DNA from: a virus
IMG/VR virus record: IMGVR_UViG_3300020733_000010
Span: 1 to 64,000 of that record
DNA: 64,000 nt
Direction: 5' to 3' (one strand)
The translations under genes were made by a program, and so were the position numbers. Below, one piece after another: positions 9,560 to 18,189 of the stretch (positions are counted from its first letter, which is position 1; each line of letters starts with the position of its first letter). The notes under the pieces are model-generated. The model saw only the letters and a program-made list of their open reading frames with translations, had not been told where the DNA came from and searched no databases.

Positions 9560-9588
9560 ATTATAAACCCGAAATGATTTATTGTCAA
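9560..9588 (-). promoter_or_regulatory. consensus sigma70 early promoter, repeat copy 1
   Basis: TTGACA-ATAAATCATTTCGGGTT-TATAAT. Confidence 0.9.
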
Positions 9589-9920
9589 ATTTGATTCAAT
9601 GCTGAAACACGAATCTCATCATTGTCTACTTTAATGCTACGACTAAAGCTAGGGTTGTTTTTCATTTTTTGACGCAAACCCAATTTCTGATATTTGTCAA
9701 GGGCCAAGCGTTTGCCTTTAGTACCAATGCCACCACGGCCCATTGAAACCAAACACATCATTTGTTTACAAAAGTAGTAATTACTGTCTGTCAAATCAAT
9801 GCCAATGCCATTAGCAACAATGCGCTTGAGTTTGTATAGTGATGTTGGACCCGTAACACCCTCAACTAGTTTGTACTCAGCAGTTTTTGAGAATTCAGCG
9901 TAGTCTGTTAAAATGCTCAT
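9585..9920 (-). CDS. hypothetical early protein
   Basis: GGAG RBS; TGA stop lies in the -35 box of the next promoter. Confidence 0.75.
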   Translation of the reverse strand: MSILTDYAEFSKTAEYKLVEGVTGPTSLYKLKRIVANGIGIDLTDSNYYFCKQMMCLVSMGRGGIGTKGKRLALDKYQKLGLRQKMKNNPSFSRSIKVDNDEIRVSALNQI

Positions 9921-9954
9921 GTTTAGCTCCTGTTTGTTGACTGTTTAAGATTCT

Positions 9955-9983
9955 ATTATATACCCAAAATGATTTATTGTCAA
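9955..9983 (-). promoter_or_regulatory. consensus sigma70 early promoter, repeat copy 2
   Basis: TTGACA-ATAAATCATTTTGGGTA-TATAAT. Confidence 0.9.
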
Positions 9984-10153
9984 ATTTTAAAGGTATAAAA
10001 GATGCCAAATTCATTCAGTAATTCTTGAATGGTCCTAGAATCTAATGTGAAAAATTTACCTTTGTTGACTTGAATGATGTCAAAATACTTTACATTGTCC
10101 GAAGTAACATTCCACTTTGACATTTGTTTCATGTTTATTGAAATAGTTCCCAT
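9980..10153 (-). CDS. 57-aa early protein (not in ORF track)
   Basis: AAGGAG RBS, MGTISINMKQ...GIFYTFKI*; stop lies in the next -35 box. Confidence 0.65.
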   Translation of the reverse strand: MGTISINMKQMSKWNVTSDNVKYFDIIQVNKGKFFTLDSRTIQELLNEFGIFYTFKI

Positions 10154-10183
10154 GTGCGACTCCTTTAATCAATCAATACATGT

Positions 10184-10223
10184 ATTATATGCCCAAACTG
10201 ATTTATTGTCAAGTTTGGGCATA
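10184..10223 (-). promoter_or_regulatory. sigma70 early promoter copy 3 overlapping a 12-bp stem-loop
   Basis: TTGACA-ATAAATCAGTTTGGGCA-TATAAT; inverted repeat TATGCCCAAACT/AGTTTGGGCATA at 10188-10223. Confidence 0.9.
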
Positions 10224-10229
10224 CATTGT

Positions 10230-10466
10230 TTACGATTGATAGCCCAAAAACTGTTCAGTGTCGTACCAAGCTACTGCTTTAGTATTCAATTCGTACACTA
10301 GTACTGGGTACGCATTCTCGTTGATTGTGTCAAAAGTAATGTCTTTTTCAAAAGTTTCAGTCATCAGGTCCTCGTCATAATCAAACAACTCGCCATCAAA
10401 CTCAACATTAAATTTGTTAGTGTTCACAAACTCGTCAATATCGTAAGTCATAGTAGGCCCTTTCAA
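10230..10466 (-). CDS. small acidic early protein (likely start 10451)
   Basis: ORF immediately downstream of promoter copy 4. Confidence 0.7.
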   Translation of the reverse strand: MKGPTMTYDIDEFVNTNKFNVEFDGELFDYDEDLMTETFEKDITFDTINENAYPVLVYELNTKAVAWYDTEQFLGYQS

Positions 10467-10480
10467 GTGATTAAGAGTCT

Positions 10481-10509
10481 ATTATATGCCCAAACTGATT
10501 TATTGTCAA
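10481..10509 (-). promoter_or_regulatory. consensus sigma70 early promoter, repeat copy 4
   Basis: Identical to copy 3: TTGACA-ATAAATCAGTTTGGGCA-TATAAT. Confidence 0.9.
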
Positions 10510-11333
10510 CTTCTATCTAGTTCCCAATTGGTAATACTAAAGTGTTCAAAATCATCAAGTCTGCGTCTTGCAAAAGTGCCAAGTATTTTGATAGTTGCGT
10601 CATTGTTAAACATGTGTTCCCAAAGGTGCATCAATGGATTGTCTTTTGTAAGTTCGAGGACCACTCCTGCATTTAGTAAATCATCTTTGAACCAAAACTG
10701 ATATGTTGTTTTGTTTTTTGTTTTGCGAGTTAGTTTTTTAAGTGGAGTCAATACAACAGAGGTGTTTAGTGCCTTCGGTGTCATTCTTTTATCCATTGAC
10801 ACAAAATCTTGATTTAACTTTACTAAACTTTTAACCTCGTCTAACTCAATATCTTGGTCATAGAATGTAGGCAAGAAACATACTAGTCCTACATCAGTGC
10901 TTTTAACCTGTGTCACTGATCCATGAATAAACTTGTTCAGGTCTTGGCGATAGTTTGTCATTGCCAGTTGTTCAGTAAGTTTACCCATCATAATTTTCTT
11001 ACTGTAGTAATCTCTAATATCTTGTGCCCTATTTTTATCTTCGTGCTTGACATTATTGATAACTGTATCGTCCAATAGACGGAACTTAACACCAGGCTGT
11101 TCTTTACGCAATCTTTGCATCGCACAACTTAATGCAAGAACATCATTAGGTGTCTCGTAAATTTCAAGTTTCTTTACTTGATGAGATGTGGGGTATTCCC
11201 AACCTAAACTAACATTTTGCAATGTGCTTAATTGCGATGCAGTAAGTGGTGATAATCCTGATACTGTAATACCTGAACCAAAAGTTGTCGTTTGGTTTTG
11301 TGCAGTGATATTTCCTAAATTAAGTAATGACAT
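10506..11333 (-). CDS. hypothetical protein
   Basis: 275-aa ORF, AAGGA RBS, stop in the next -35 box. Confidence 0.8.
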   Translation of the reverse strand: MSLLNLGNITAQNQTTTFGSGITVSGLSPLTASQLSTLQNVSLGWEYPTSHQVKKLEIYETPNDVLALSCAMQRLRKEQPGVKFRLLDDTVINNVKHEDKNRAQDIRDYYSKKIMMGKLTEQLAMTNYRQDLNKFIHGSVTQVKSTDVGLVCFLPTFYDQDIELDEVKSLVKLNQDFVSMDKRMTPKALNTSVVLTPLKKLTRKTKNKTTYQFWFKDDLLNAGVVLELTKDNPLMHLWEHMFNNDATIKILGTFARRRLDDFEHFSITNWELDRS

Positions 11334-11351
11334 GTTTATTCCTTATGTTGC

Positions 11352-11391
11352 ATGATAGCAAAAACCTCGTACTGTTGTCAATACGAGGTTT
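11352..11391 (-). promoter_or_regulatory. terminator hairpin whose loop carries the -35 box of the next promoter
   Basis: AAACCTCGTA-TTGACAACAG-TACGAGGTTT followed by TT; TTGACA-18-TATCAT. Confidence 0.7.
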
Positions 11392-11394
11392 ACC

Positions 11395-11856
11395 TTAACT
11401 TACTACAATATCTTCCATTCCAGCTGCTCTTAACCGAACAATGTGCCCAAGCATGAAGTTTTTGCTATCCAAACCCTTCATAACACCTAACCATTTGTTT
11501 CGCAATAATGCGACTTCGTTGATTAGTGTCTCATAGTCAATTACTTCTGCCTCACCGTCAACATACTTTTCAGCAGTACGGTCAGTCAATGCACGATTAT
11601 ATGCTTCTAGGTATTTTTGGAAGTGTTTCCTACGAATTTTACGCAGTTGAATATTCATGTGATTGAGCACCGCTTCAATCTCTTGTAGTTGATTAAAACG
11701 ATGTTCGGTAATGCCAGGTAATGAAGCAATATTCTTTTCAACGTTACCAAAGATTCTTACATCATTCTTGGCATTAAGCCATTCATTGTTGTAGTGATCT
11801 ATAAAGTCAGGTAGTGTTGAAATATCACTGCTTACTTTCGTTAGCCAATTAGACAT
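11395..11856 (-). CDS. uvsY: UvsY recombination mediator
   Basis: YNRALTDRTAEKYVDGE...KGLDSKNFML..IVRLRAAGMED motifs; adjacent to uvsX. Confidence 0.88.
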   Translation of the reverse strand: MSNWLTKVSSDISTLPDFIDHYNNEWLNAKNDVRIFGNVEKNIASLPGITEHRFNQLQEIEAVLNHMNIQLRKIRRKHFQKYLEAYNRALTDRTAEKYVDGEAEVIDYETLINEVALLRNKWLGVMKGLDSKNFMLGHIVRLRAAGMEDIVVS

Positions 11857-12105
11857 TTAATACCAATCTTCGTCTTCGTTGTCGTCTTCGTATTCTTCGT
11901 AGTCTTCTTCTTGGAAGTGTTGTTCAGCATAACCCTTCAATGCTCTAGTGATATCTTTGTCACTGAACTCATCTTGGATATCATCAACTGAATAGTTGTT
12001 TTCAATCAAATAAACAACTAATGAATCTGCTGCATCTGCGCGGTCATTCAAATCAATATGCTCACGCAATACATCCCAAACTTCCGTAATAGTACTTAAA
12101 CTCAT
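11857..12105 (-). CDS. small acidic hypothetical protein
   Basis: ORF between uvsX and uvsY with overlapping stop/start. Confidence 0.75.
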   Translation of the reverse strand: MSLSTITEVWDVLREHIDLNDRADAADSLVVYLIENNYSVDDIQDEFSDKDITRALKGYAEQHFQEEDYEEYEDDNEDEDWY

Positions 12106-13175
12106 TCTGTAGTGTCTCCTTCTTCTGTTTCAACACTACTTATGCTTTGTTTTTCCATTCTTAATGGATAGTCTGCCATAACTACATCTAAACAGCCATC
12201 AGTATTTGCTTCCCATGCTTTACGGAATTTCTTAATGACTTCACCATCAAGTGTTGTATAGACAAGACTGTTACCTTCTTTCTTTAGTAACTCATTCTTT
12301 TCAATCATGTCAACTAGACCACTATATGGACTCATGCCTGTATCATATGGAATCTTCACTTGCACACCCTCGAAAGGTTTTGCATAACGAGTTTTCATAA
12401 TTTTACATGCACTACGAATACCACGAACATCAGTAACCTTGTTACCATCTTCGTCTTCTTTTAGTTTCAATTTCTTCATAGCAACAACAATACTACTTGC
12501 ATAGATAAAGCCTTGACCACCACTGATTTTATCATCAGGGTCAAACATATCTTGACTTGCGTATGTATGGTTAGTTGCAACTAATCCAATACCTAAACTA
12601 CCGAACATGTTTACAGTGTTGCGAACAAGTGCTGTAAGTGCTTTAGGCTTACGACCCATGTCACCTTTCATATCACCTGCTTCAAACTGATTAACGTCAG
12701 TTGGAGTCAATAGCATACCAAGACTGTCAACAATGAACAACACCTTTGGTCTGTCTTCTTCTGCTAATGCTCTATAATCAGCAACAAACTTGCTGATTGT
12801 CTTGGCTACGTCATCAATCATAGCCATATTTAATTTTAATAATTTTGATTCGTCAGTATCAACGCCAAGATTATGCAACCACTGTTCGTCTAATGCGTTC
12901 TCGCTATCAATTAGAACAACGAAAATACCTTGTTCCTGAGCGTGACGCACCAAGTTGCCAGAACAGATATAACTCTTGCCTGATCCACTTTCGCCAGCGA
13001 ACACAGTAACTTTACCAAGGGGTACACCTTTATTAAAGTCACCGCTAATAAGATAGTTAAGAGCGTAATTTCCTGTACTGACCCAATCAGTAGGGTCGTT
13101 AAATCCAATGCTTAATCCTTCAATGCTTTTTGTAATGTCCTTGCGGAACTTACTTATGTCAAATGGTTTTCCCAA
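12102..13175 (-). CDS. uvsX: UvsX/RecA-family recombinase (likely TTG start at 13175)
   Basis: GESGSGKS Walker A, IDSENALD, IVDSLG, SGGQGFIYASS; GGAG RBS 6 nt before TTG. Confidence 0.93.
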   Translation of the reverse strand: MGKPFDISKFRKDITKSIEGLSIGFNDPTDWVSTGNYALNYLISGDFNKGVPLGKVTVFAGESGSGKSYICSGNLVRHAQEQGIFVVLIDSENALDEQWLHNLGVDTDESKLLKLNMAMIDDVAKTISKFVADYRALAEEDRPKVLFIVDSLGMLLTPTDVNQFEAGDMKGDMGRKPKALTALVRNTVNMFGSLGIGLVATNHTYASQDMFDPDDKISGGQGFIYASSIVVAMKKLKLKEDEDGNKVTDVRGIRSACKIMKTRYAKPFEGVQVKIPYDTGMSPYSGLVDMIEKNELLKKEGNSLVYTTLDGEVIKKFRKAWEANTDGCLDVVMADYPLRMEKQSISSVETEEGDTTE

Positions 13176-13413
13176 TTTTATCTCCAATTTGTTTATGTAG
13201 TCTTTCAACGCTGAAAGGCTGTTTGTCTAATAAGTCAGGACAACTTTCCGCCATGTTATCAATCTCATAATCTTGAGGGTAGTGGCGTAATGCTGCACGA
13301 GCGCGGTCACGAACTATGCTCGGGACCCTAGGTGTTTTGCCAGGGTCACACAGTTCTTCCAATAGTTTTTTACCTTGCTTTAGGGCGCGGTATCTTTCGT
13401 CAGGTAGTGTCAT
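13159..13413 (-). CDS. conserved small phage protein (BPSL0761-like)
   Basis: MTLPDERYRAL...TPRVPSIVRDRARAALRHYP; AAGGAG RBS. Confidence 0.6.
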   Translation of the reverse strand: MTLPDERYRALKQGKKLLEELCDPGKTPRVPSIVRDRARAALRHYPQDYEIDNMAESCPDLLDKQPFSVERLHKQIGDKIGKTI

Positions 13414-13424
13414 GTGTACTCCTT

Positions 13425-13446
13425 AGTAGGGACCGAAGTCCCTACT
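13425..13446 (-). other. C(UUCG)G tetraloop hairpin between gp32 and the next RBS
   Basis: AGTAGGGAC-TTCG-GTCCCTACT; no U-tract, so more likely a stability/processing element than a terminator. Confidence 0.7.
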
Positions 13447-13451
13447 TCCTA

Positions 13452-14462
13452 TTAGGCTTTATTTTGACGAGCACGAATCATTGCTAGAATGTCGTTTGCT
13501 TTGTCACTAGATGCTGCTTTTGGCACTTCAATTGGTTGACTTGCTGCTTGTGGTTCATCATCACTTTGCCATGGAGTTGAAGACTCTGCTACGGGTTGAT
13601 TTGCGGGTGCGCTTGCTGCTGATGCTGGCGCTGATTGTTGAGCCGCTGTTGAACCTGCAGGTACATCTAAACCATATGGCTTGTAATATGCTCCCCATTT
13701 CTCTGGGTCATATGCTTGACCATCAACTGATGCTTCAAACATTTCTTTCATAATACGTAGTTCGGCTTCGCCTGGTTTCTTAGGCAAGAAGTCTTTCAAG
13801 TTATATAGACCGTGTGCTTCAATTGCTGCCAATTCAGCTTCGGTCAATGGGCTTTCTCTACGTGCAAAACTACTTGTTGAGTAATCAGCGTAACCGCCTT
13901 TAGTTGTTTTGCGAATGTTGAAGTCAAGACCACGTAAGTAGTCAGTTGGTGTTTCCAGCAATTCAGGATCCATCAAACCTGTACGAATGAGAGGGATGAT
14001 TTGTGGACTGATAACAAATCTGCGAATTGGATTTGCTGGTGTAGTGTCACTACCGATTGGGTTTTGACGAACAAAACCTTGGAAGATATAACTACGTTTT
14101 TTCCAGTACTTGTTTGCAAGTTCTTTCAAACTTTCATCTTTGTACCATGGACTAACTTCTGCCAAGATTGGGCAACGTTCACCTGTGTTGTACATTTCAA
14201 TACATGGAACTTGAACGATAACTTGTTTAACATTACTATCACCCTTGACACCATTAAAAGGCAGTTTGATAATTTGTTTCTCGACCCAGAAGAAATCATT
14301 CTTTGGATCTGCATCTGGCAAGAAACGTACGGTAGCTGTTGTACCTTCGTCCATGTTCCAGTGGGGATATACTGAGTTATCAGATTGGGCGTTAGAACCC
14401 TTGTTGCTTGACTTGTTTTCTTGCGCTGCAATACGAGCGCGGATTTCTGCTAATGATGCCAT
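13452..14462 (-). CDS. T4 gp32-type single-stranded DNA-binding protein
   Basis: ATVRFLPD, VPCIEMY...CPIL, YADYSTSSF motifs; acidic/Ala-rich tail. Confidence 0.9.
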   Translation of the reverse strand: MASLAEIRARIAAQENKSSNKGSNAQSDNSVYPHWNMDEGTTATVRFLPDADPKNDFFWVEKQIIKLPFNGVKGDSNVKQVIVQVPCIEMYNTGERCPILAEVSPWYKDESLKELANKYWKKRSYIFQGFVRQNPIGSDTTPANPIRRFVISPQIIPLIRTGLMDPELLETPTDYLRGLDFNIRKTTKGGYADYSTSSFARRESPLTEAELAAIEAHGLYNLKDFLPKKPGEAELRIMKEMFEASVDGQAYDPEKWGAYYKPYGLDVPAGSTAAQQSAPASAASAPANQPVAESSTPWQSDDEPQAASQPIEVPKAASSDKANDILAMIRARQNKA

Positions 14463-14539
14463 AATAATTTTCCTTATAAATTTTGAGATGGTCTCTGTTT
14501 AATATTCGATACTACCTATTAGTATCTAACGTAGAAGAT

Positions 14540-14579
14540 AGTATAGCAAAACTATTCATCAACGTCAAGTATATTTATC
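14540..14579 (-). promoter_or_regulatory. tandem late-type and sigma70 promoters for the SSB gene
   Basis: GATAAATA at 14572-14579; TTGACG-17-TATACT at 14540-14568. Confidence 0.7.
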
Positions 14580-14597
14580 ACCGGAATGAAAAAACTA

Positions 14598-15107
14598 TTA
14601 TTTTTCTTCATTTAATTTGCCCTTTCGTTTCCTATCAGGTGTCCATGGTGGCGGTTTATTTCCTGCAGCCCTTTGTGCTTTACTCATGTTAGCTCGATGC
14701 TCTGCACTTTTAGGCTTGCCCAACTTAGCCAATCTCATTTTCATTTTAGTTTCTTCACTACGTTTTTTACCGATGTTGCCTACTCGGCATTTTTCTTTTG
14801 TTTCATCAGAATGTTTCCATCCAGAGATACCATCACCACCGTCAGTTAGATTTCTGAGAATACCGGTATTGTTACTTTTACGTCCGTACCACCTGATATA
14901 TCTTCTTTCTAAAGCAAATGCTCCTAATTCTGTTAGATTAGTTTCTAGAAGCACAATAAGAGTATTGTTTTTTGGTTTTTGTATTCCACCGCATGGTTTA
15001 CCTGCCCACATTGTGTGGTCGGCCCATGCTCGTTGACCTGATCCTTTACCGATATAATAAGGGGTGCCATCTTTTCGTAGATAGGCATACACATAATAAA
15101 TACTCAT
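14598..15107 (-). CDS. free-standing GIY-YIG homing endonuclease with NUMOD3-like repeats
   Basis: [23 protein letters not shown]...[20 protein letters not shown]; GGAG RBS before ATG 15107. Confidence 0.9.
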   Translation of the reverse strand: MSIYYVYAYLRKDGTPYYIGKGSGQRAWADHTMWAGKPCGGIQKPKNNTLIVLLETNLTELGAFALERRYIRWYGRKSNNTGILRNLTDGGDGISGWKHSDETKEKCRVGNIGKKRSEETKMKMRLAKLGKPKSAEHRANMSKAQRAAGNKPPPWTPDRKRKGKLNEEK

Positions 15108-15164
15108 GCTGATTGCTCCTATAAGCGTTAGAGTAGTTGGGGGAATTCCAGCTCCGCGAACTAC
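15105..15164 (-). ncRNA. structured 5' leader RNA of GIY-YIG gene (copy A)
   Basis: GTAGTT/AACTAC stem, CGC bulge, GGAG-CTGGAA-TTCC hairpin, TCTAACGCT..GGAGCAATCAGC-ATG; begins 5 nt after CTAAATA. Confidence 0.75.
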
Positions 15165-15230
15165 ACTATTATTTAGTCCATTTATACCGGATATGGTTAA
15201 CCTCACATTTTAAGTGAGGTTTTTGTTAAC

Positions 15231-16580
15231 TTATTCGCCCGATAATTTTTTTAATCTTTGTAATGGGTCAACACTTTCACTTGCACCTACTAGTTTACCA
15301 CGTAAGCCTTTTTGACTTTGTGGCTCATGACCTAAGATTGGTCCTGTGCTAACTTTATCAGTTGGTCCCATTTGTCCTGCACGTTTTTGATTTGCATCCA
15401 AACCTTCTTGTGTTTCTTGTGTCTTAACTTCTTTATCTTTAGTACCAACAGCATGTAATCGTCTTGCCAAATCTTTAATATCAACTGGCTTCTTCTTTGC
15501 TTTCTCACCAACACGTTTTACCATTGCTTGGTAATCATCACCATACTCGGCTTCACCTGGTACAGGATCACCGTCTATTGCATGTTCTAATGTAGTAATG
15601 TTATCTGCCCATTCTTCTAACTCGACAACTTCAGATAATTTAGTTTCACTGATGTTTTTGTTTAGTTTGCTTAATATAGGCATTGCGCTTTCAATACGTG
15701 GGTCAAGTGTTGAACTAGCAAACATCTCACTTAGGTCAACTGTTTCTTCACTCTCCATCAATGGAGGTGTCCAACTTTCAAAGTATGTGTTGTAGCCTTT
15801 TTTGCCACGCATCTTGCTTAAGCATTCACGTAGTTTAACATAATGGTTTAGTCCTTCATTGACTAACTTTTCAGTTGACTCATTGAATTGTTTACCACGA
15901 GTAGCACGTACAAATCCTGCCATCTTGTTATATTCTTCACATAAGCCTTTGATATGATTCCAACGTTCATCATGTGGTAGTCCACCTTCAGCGATATGAC
16001 GAGCATATACTTGTGCAACGCCTGGCTTAGTTGTAGGTGCTAATATTCTTTCACCTAATGCGTTCTCAATAAAGATACGTTCAACATTGCGATAACGTTG
16101 TTCGCCTTCTTCAATGTTCTTACTGTGCTTAATGATAATCTTTGTTTCAGGGATTACATCATTGTAACTTTGTTTTTTACCCATTGAGTGATAGCCTTCT
16201 CTAAGACCTTCACGTTTGCTGTATTCTCTTTTTGCCATATCTGATTTAAAGTTATCTTCATCGTCTGTTTTGAAACTTAATTGGTAGTTCTTAGCAAATC
16301 TACTCAAGTGTTTCAACAAGTCATACCAATTACCTTCACCCGCTTTTGGACTGTTAGCAACACTGTTTCCATAATAGACAATAAGTTGATGCAACCCGTC
16401 AATGGTTACTCTAACAGGACCATAATCCTCACCGTCCTTTACAAATTTAAATGCAAAAACTTCGGCTTCTTTTGGAACTGAAACGTCTTCATCGTTGCTG
16501 TCTTTTGGGACAGGACGTAATTGATGACTCTTTAGTAGGTCAAATAGTTTTTCGTTTAATGAATCTTGGTTCTTTGGCAT
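15231..16580 (-). CDS. hypothetical late protein, possibly head-associated
   Basis: 449-aa ORF downstream of terminase, preceded by GATAAATA; several L/I-x-E sites. Confidence 0.75.
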   Translation of the reverse strand: MPKNQDSLNEKLFDLLKSHQLRPVPKDSNDEDVSVPKEAEVFAFKFVKDGEDYGPVRVTIDGLHQLIVYYGNSVANSPKAGEGNWYDLLKHLSRFAKNYQLSFKTDDEDNFKSDMAKREYSKREGLREGYHSMGKKQSYNDVIPETKIIIKHSKNIEEGEQRYRNVERIFIENALGERILAPTTKPGVAQVYARHIAEGGLPHDERWNHIKGLCEEYNKMAGFVRATRGKQFNESTEKLVNEGLNHYVKLRECLSKMRGKKGYNTYFESWTPPLMESEETVDLSEMFASSTLDPRIESAMPILSKLNKNISETKLSEVVELEEWADNITTLEHAIDGDPVPGEAEYGDDYQAMVKRVGEKAKKKPVDIKDLARRLHAVGTKDKEVKTQETQEGLDANQKRAGQMGPTDKVSTGPILGHEPQSQKGLRGKLVGASESVDPLQRLKKLSGE

Positions 16581-16604
16581 AATTGTAATCCGATAATATA
16601 TTTA

Positions 16605-18152
16605 TCATCCCATGACTGCAAAGAAGGGAAGAGGTTCAATGTATTCTTCGTGGTCTCTGATATAGTTGTCTAAATCATAGTTAAAGTCGCTAAGTTGCTG
16701 TATCATGCGCACAGTCAACAAAGTAGCCATAATCAAGTCATCCGTCTCACCGATCTTAGCCTTATAGCTACCGCCCAGTGCTACAAAATTCTTTAGTTCA
16801 GAGATAAGACTGCGACTATTTAAAGTCATTTTGTTGCTCTCAATCAATGTTTTGAACTTGGCACAGGCTTTTAGTTTGCTAGTGCTTGACGTATTGAATC
16901 CGCGTTTCTTTCTTCCCGGTTCACTGATGAATACACCAGGAACATTGTGCATACCATATTCGTTAAGAGACACCAGTGCAGCTTCACCGACACCGTTTAC
17001 TTCAACCGAATAATACAAATTATTTGGTTCGTTTGTAATGTCTACGATATATTTGTTGATTTGTGCAATCAACTTAATTTGTTCTGGTATAGATGTTTTG
17101 TTATGTTTCCATTCACCTATTTGTGTAGCAGTGTTTGCTTCATAGATTTGGATAGCAGCGTTGTCACCGCCCGTGCCAACTGCAGGATCATGTGCTACAG
17201 TATAGATTCTACCCTTTTGCGGTGTCTTGTACCAACGTATTTGTCCTTGACGTAGTATAGGTTCAATACCTTCTAGGTCGATAAGTTTAGCAGGAGCAAT
17301 CAATGTTTCATCAGCAATAATGAACTCACAACCAATCTCTCGTCTGAAACGATCTTCGCCAAGTTGTGCTTTCATTTGTTCAGCCCACTTGTCATCACGT
17401 TCAGGATGTTCACGCCAATCAGCACGATATGCTTTGAAACCGTTTATACCCAATTCAGTTGTGTTACCAAATTCATCTTCACATTTGTTTGCTTGTTTCC
17501 AAATCAATGCAAATTGATCTTCGTCACTGTTTGGTGTGCTTGTGATAATCGCTTTACCACCAGTTGCTAGTGTAGGAGTAATAGATGTCCAGAATTCTGT
17601 AGCGATAGTAGGGCGAACGAATGCAAACTCGTCTAGGTATAACAATGTAATAGACATACCACGACCAGTGTTTTCAGTAGTTGTTGCACTTACGATACGA
17701 CTACCATTTTCAAAGTCTAAACTACCTTTGTTGTATGTAGTAACACCTGCTTTAATATGGTCAGGACAGTTTTCGTATGCATAACGAATACGTTGCATAA
17801 TTTCTTGTGCACCGGTGTACTTGTGTGCTGCGATAAGAATTGTACTGTCAGGTACAAACATTGCGTACCAAAGTAAATATCCAGTAGCACTTGTTGACTT
17901 ACCTGTTTGTCGAGGCATCAATGATATTGAATATCTGTTTTGATGATAGTTTTCAATTAATCGTCTTTGAAAGTCCCATGGATGATAATTCATTGATCCT
18001 TTTGTAGGATGTTGAATGATAAAGAAGTTATCCATGAAATACATTGGACCCGTGTCAGGATCACAACATTTGATAAAGTCGTCTAATTCTTTTTGATCCT
18101 TAAATTTAGTTTTTTCGTAAGGATTTTTAATTAAGGTAGGTGTTCCACTCAT
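16605..18152 (-). CDS. terL: terminase large subunit (T4 gp17-like)
   Basis: PRQTGKST Walker A, LYLDEFAFV Walker B, TSTP, RNase H-like C-domain with DDLIMA. Confidence 0.95.
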   Translation of the reverse strand: MSGTPTLIKNPYEKTKFKDQKELDDFIKCCDPDTGPMYFMDNFFIIQHPTKGSMNYHPWDFQRRLIENYHQNRYSISLMPRQTGKSTSATGYLLWYAMFVPDSTILIAAHKYTGAQEIMQRIRYAYENCPDHIKAGVTTYNKGSLDFENGSRIVSATTTENTGRGMSITLLYLDEFAFVRPTIATEFWTSITPTLATGGKAIITSTPNSDEDQFALIWKQANKCEDEFGNTTELGINGFKAYRADWREHPERDDKWAEQMKAQLGEDRFRREIGCEFIIADETLIAPAKLIDLEGIEPILRQGQIRWYKTPQKGRIYTVAHDPAVGTGGDNAAIQIYEANTATQIGEWKHNKTSIPEQIKLIAQINKYIVDITNEPNNLYYSVEVNGVGEAALVSLNEYGMHNVPGVFISEPGRKKRGFNTSSTSKLKACAKFKTLIESNKMTLNSRSLISELKNFVALGGSYKAKIGETDDLIMATLLTVRMIQQLSDFNYDLDNYIRDHEEYIEPLPFFAVMG

Positions 18153-18157
18153 AAAGT

Positions 18158-18165
18158 TATTTATA
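18158..18165 (-). promoter_or_regulatory. T4-type late promoter TATAAATA, 5 nt before terminase ATG
   Basis: TATAAATA-ACTTT-ATG, no SD. Confidence 0.8.
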
Positions 18166-18189
18166 TGGGTAATGTACCAAAAAAGTTAT

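Noticed and set aside
15108-15206. N-terminal extensions given by the ORF track for 14598-15206, 33109-33711 and 32538-33179
   Set aside because: The shared TLTL.GAISM peptide is just the translated RNA leader. SD sequences sit before ATG 15107 and 33178, and homology with the duplicate fragment places the Toprim start at 33059.
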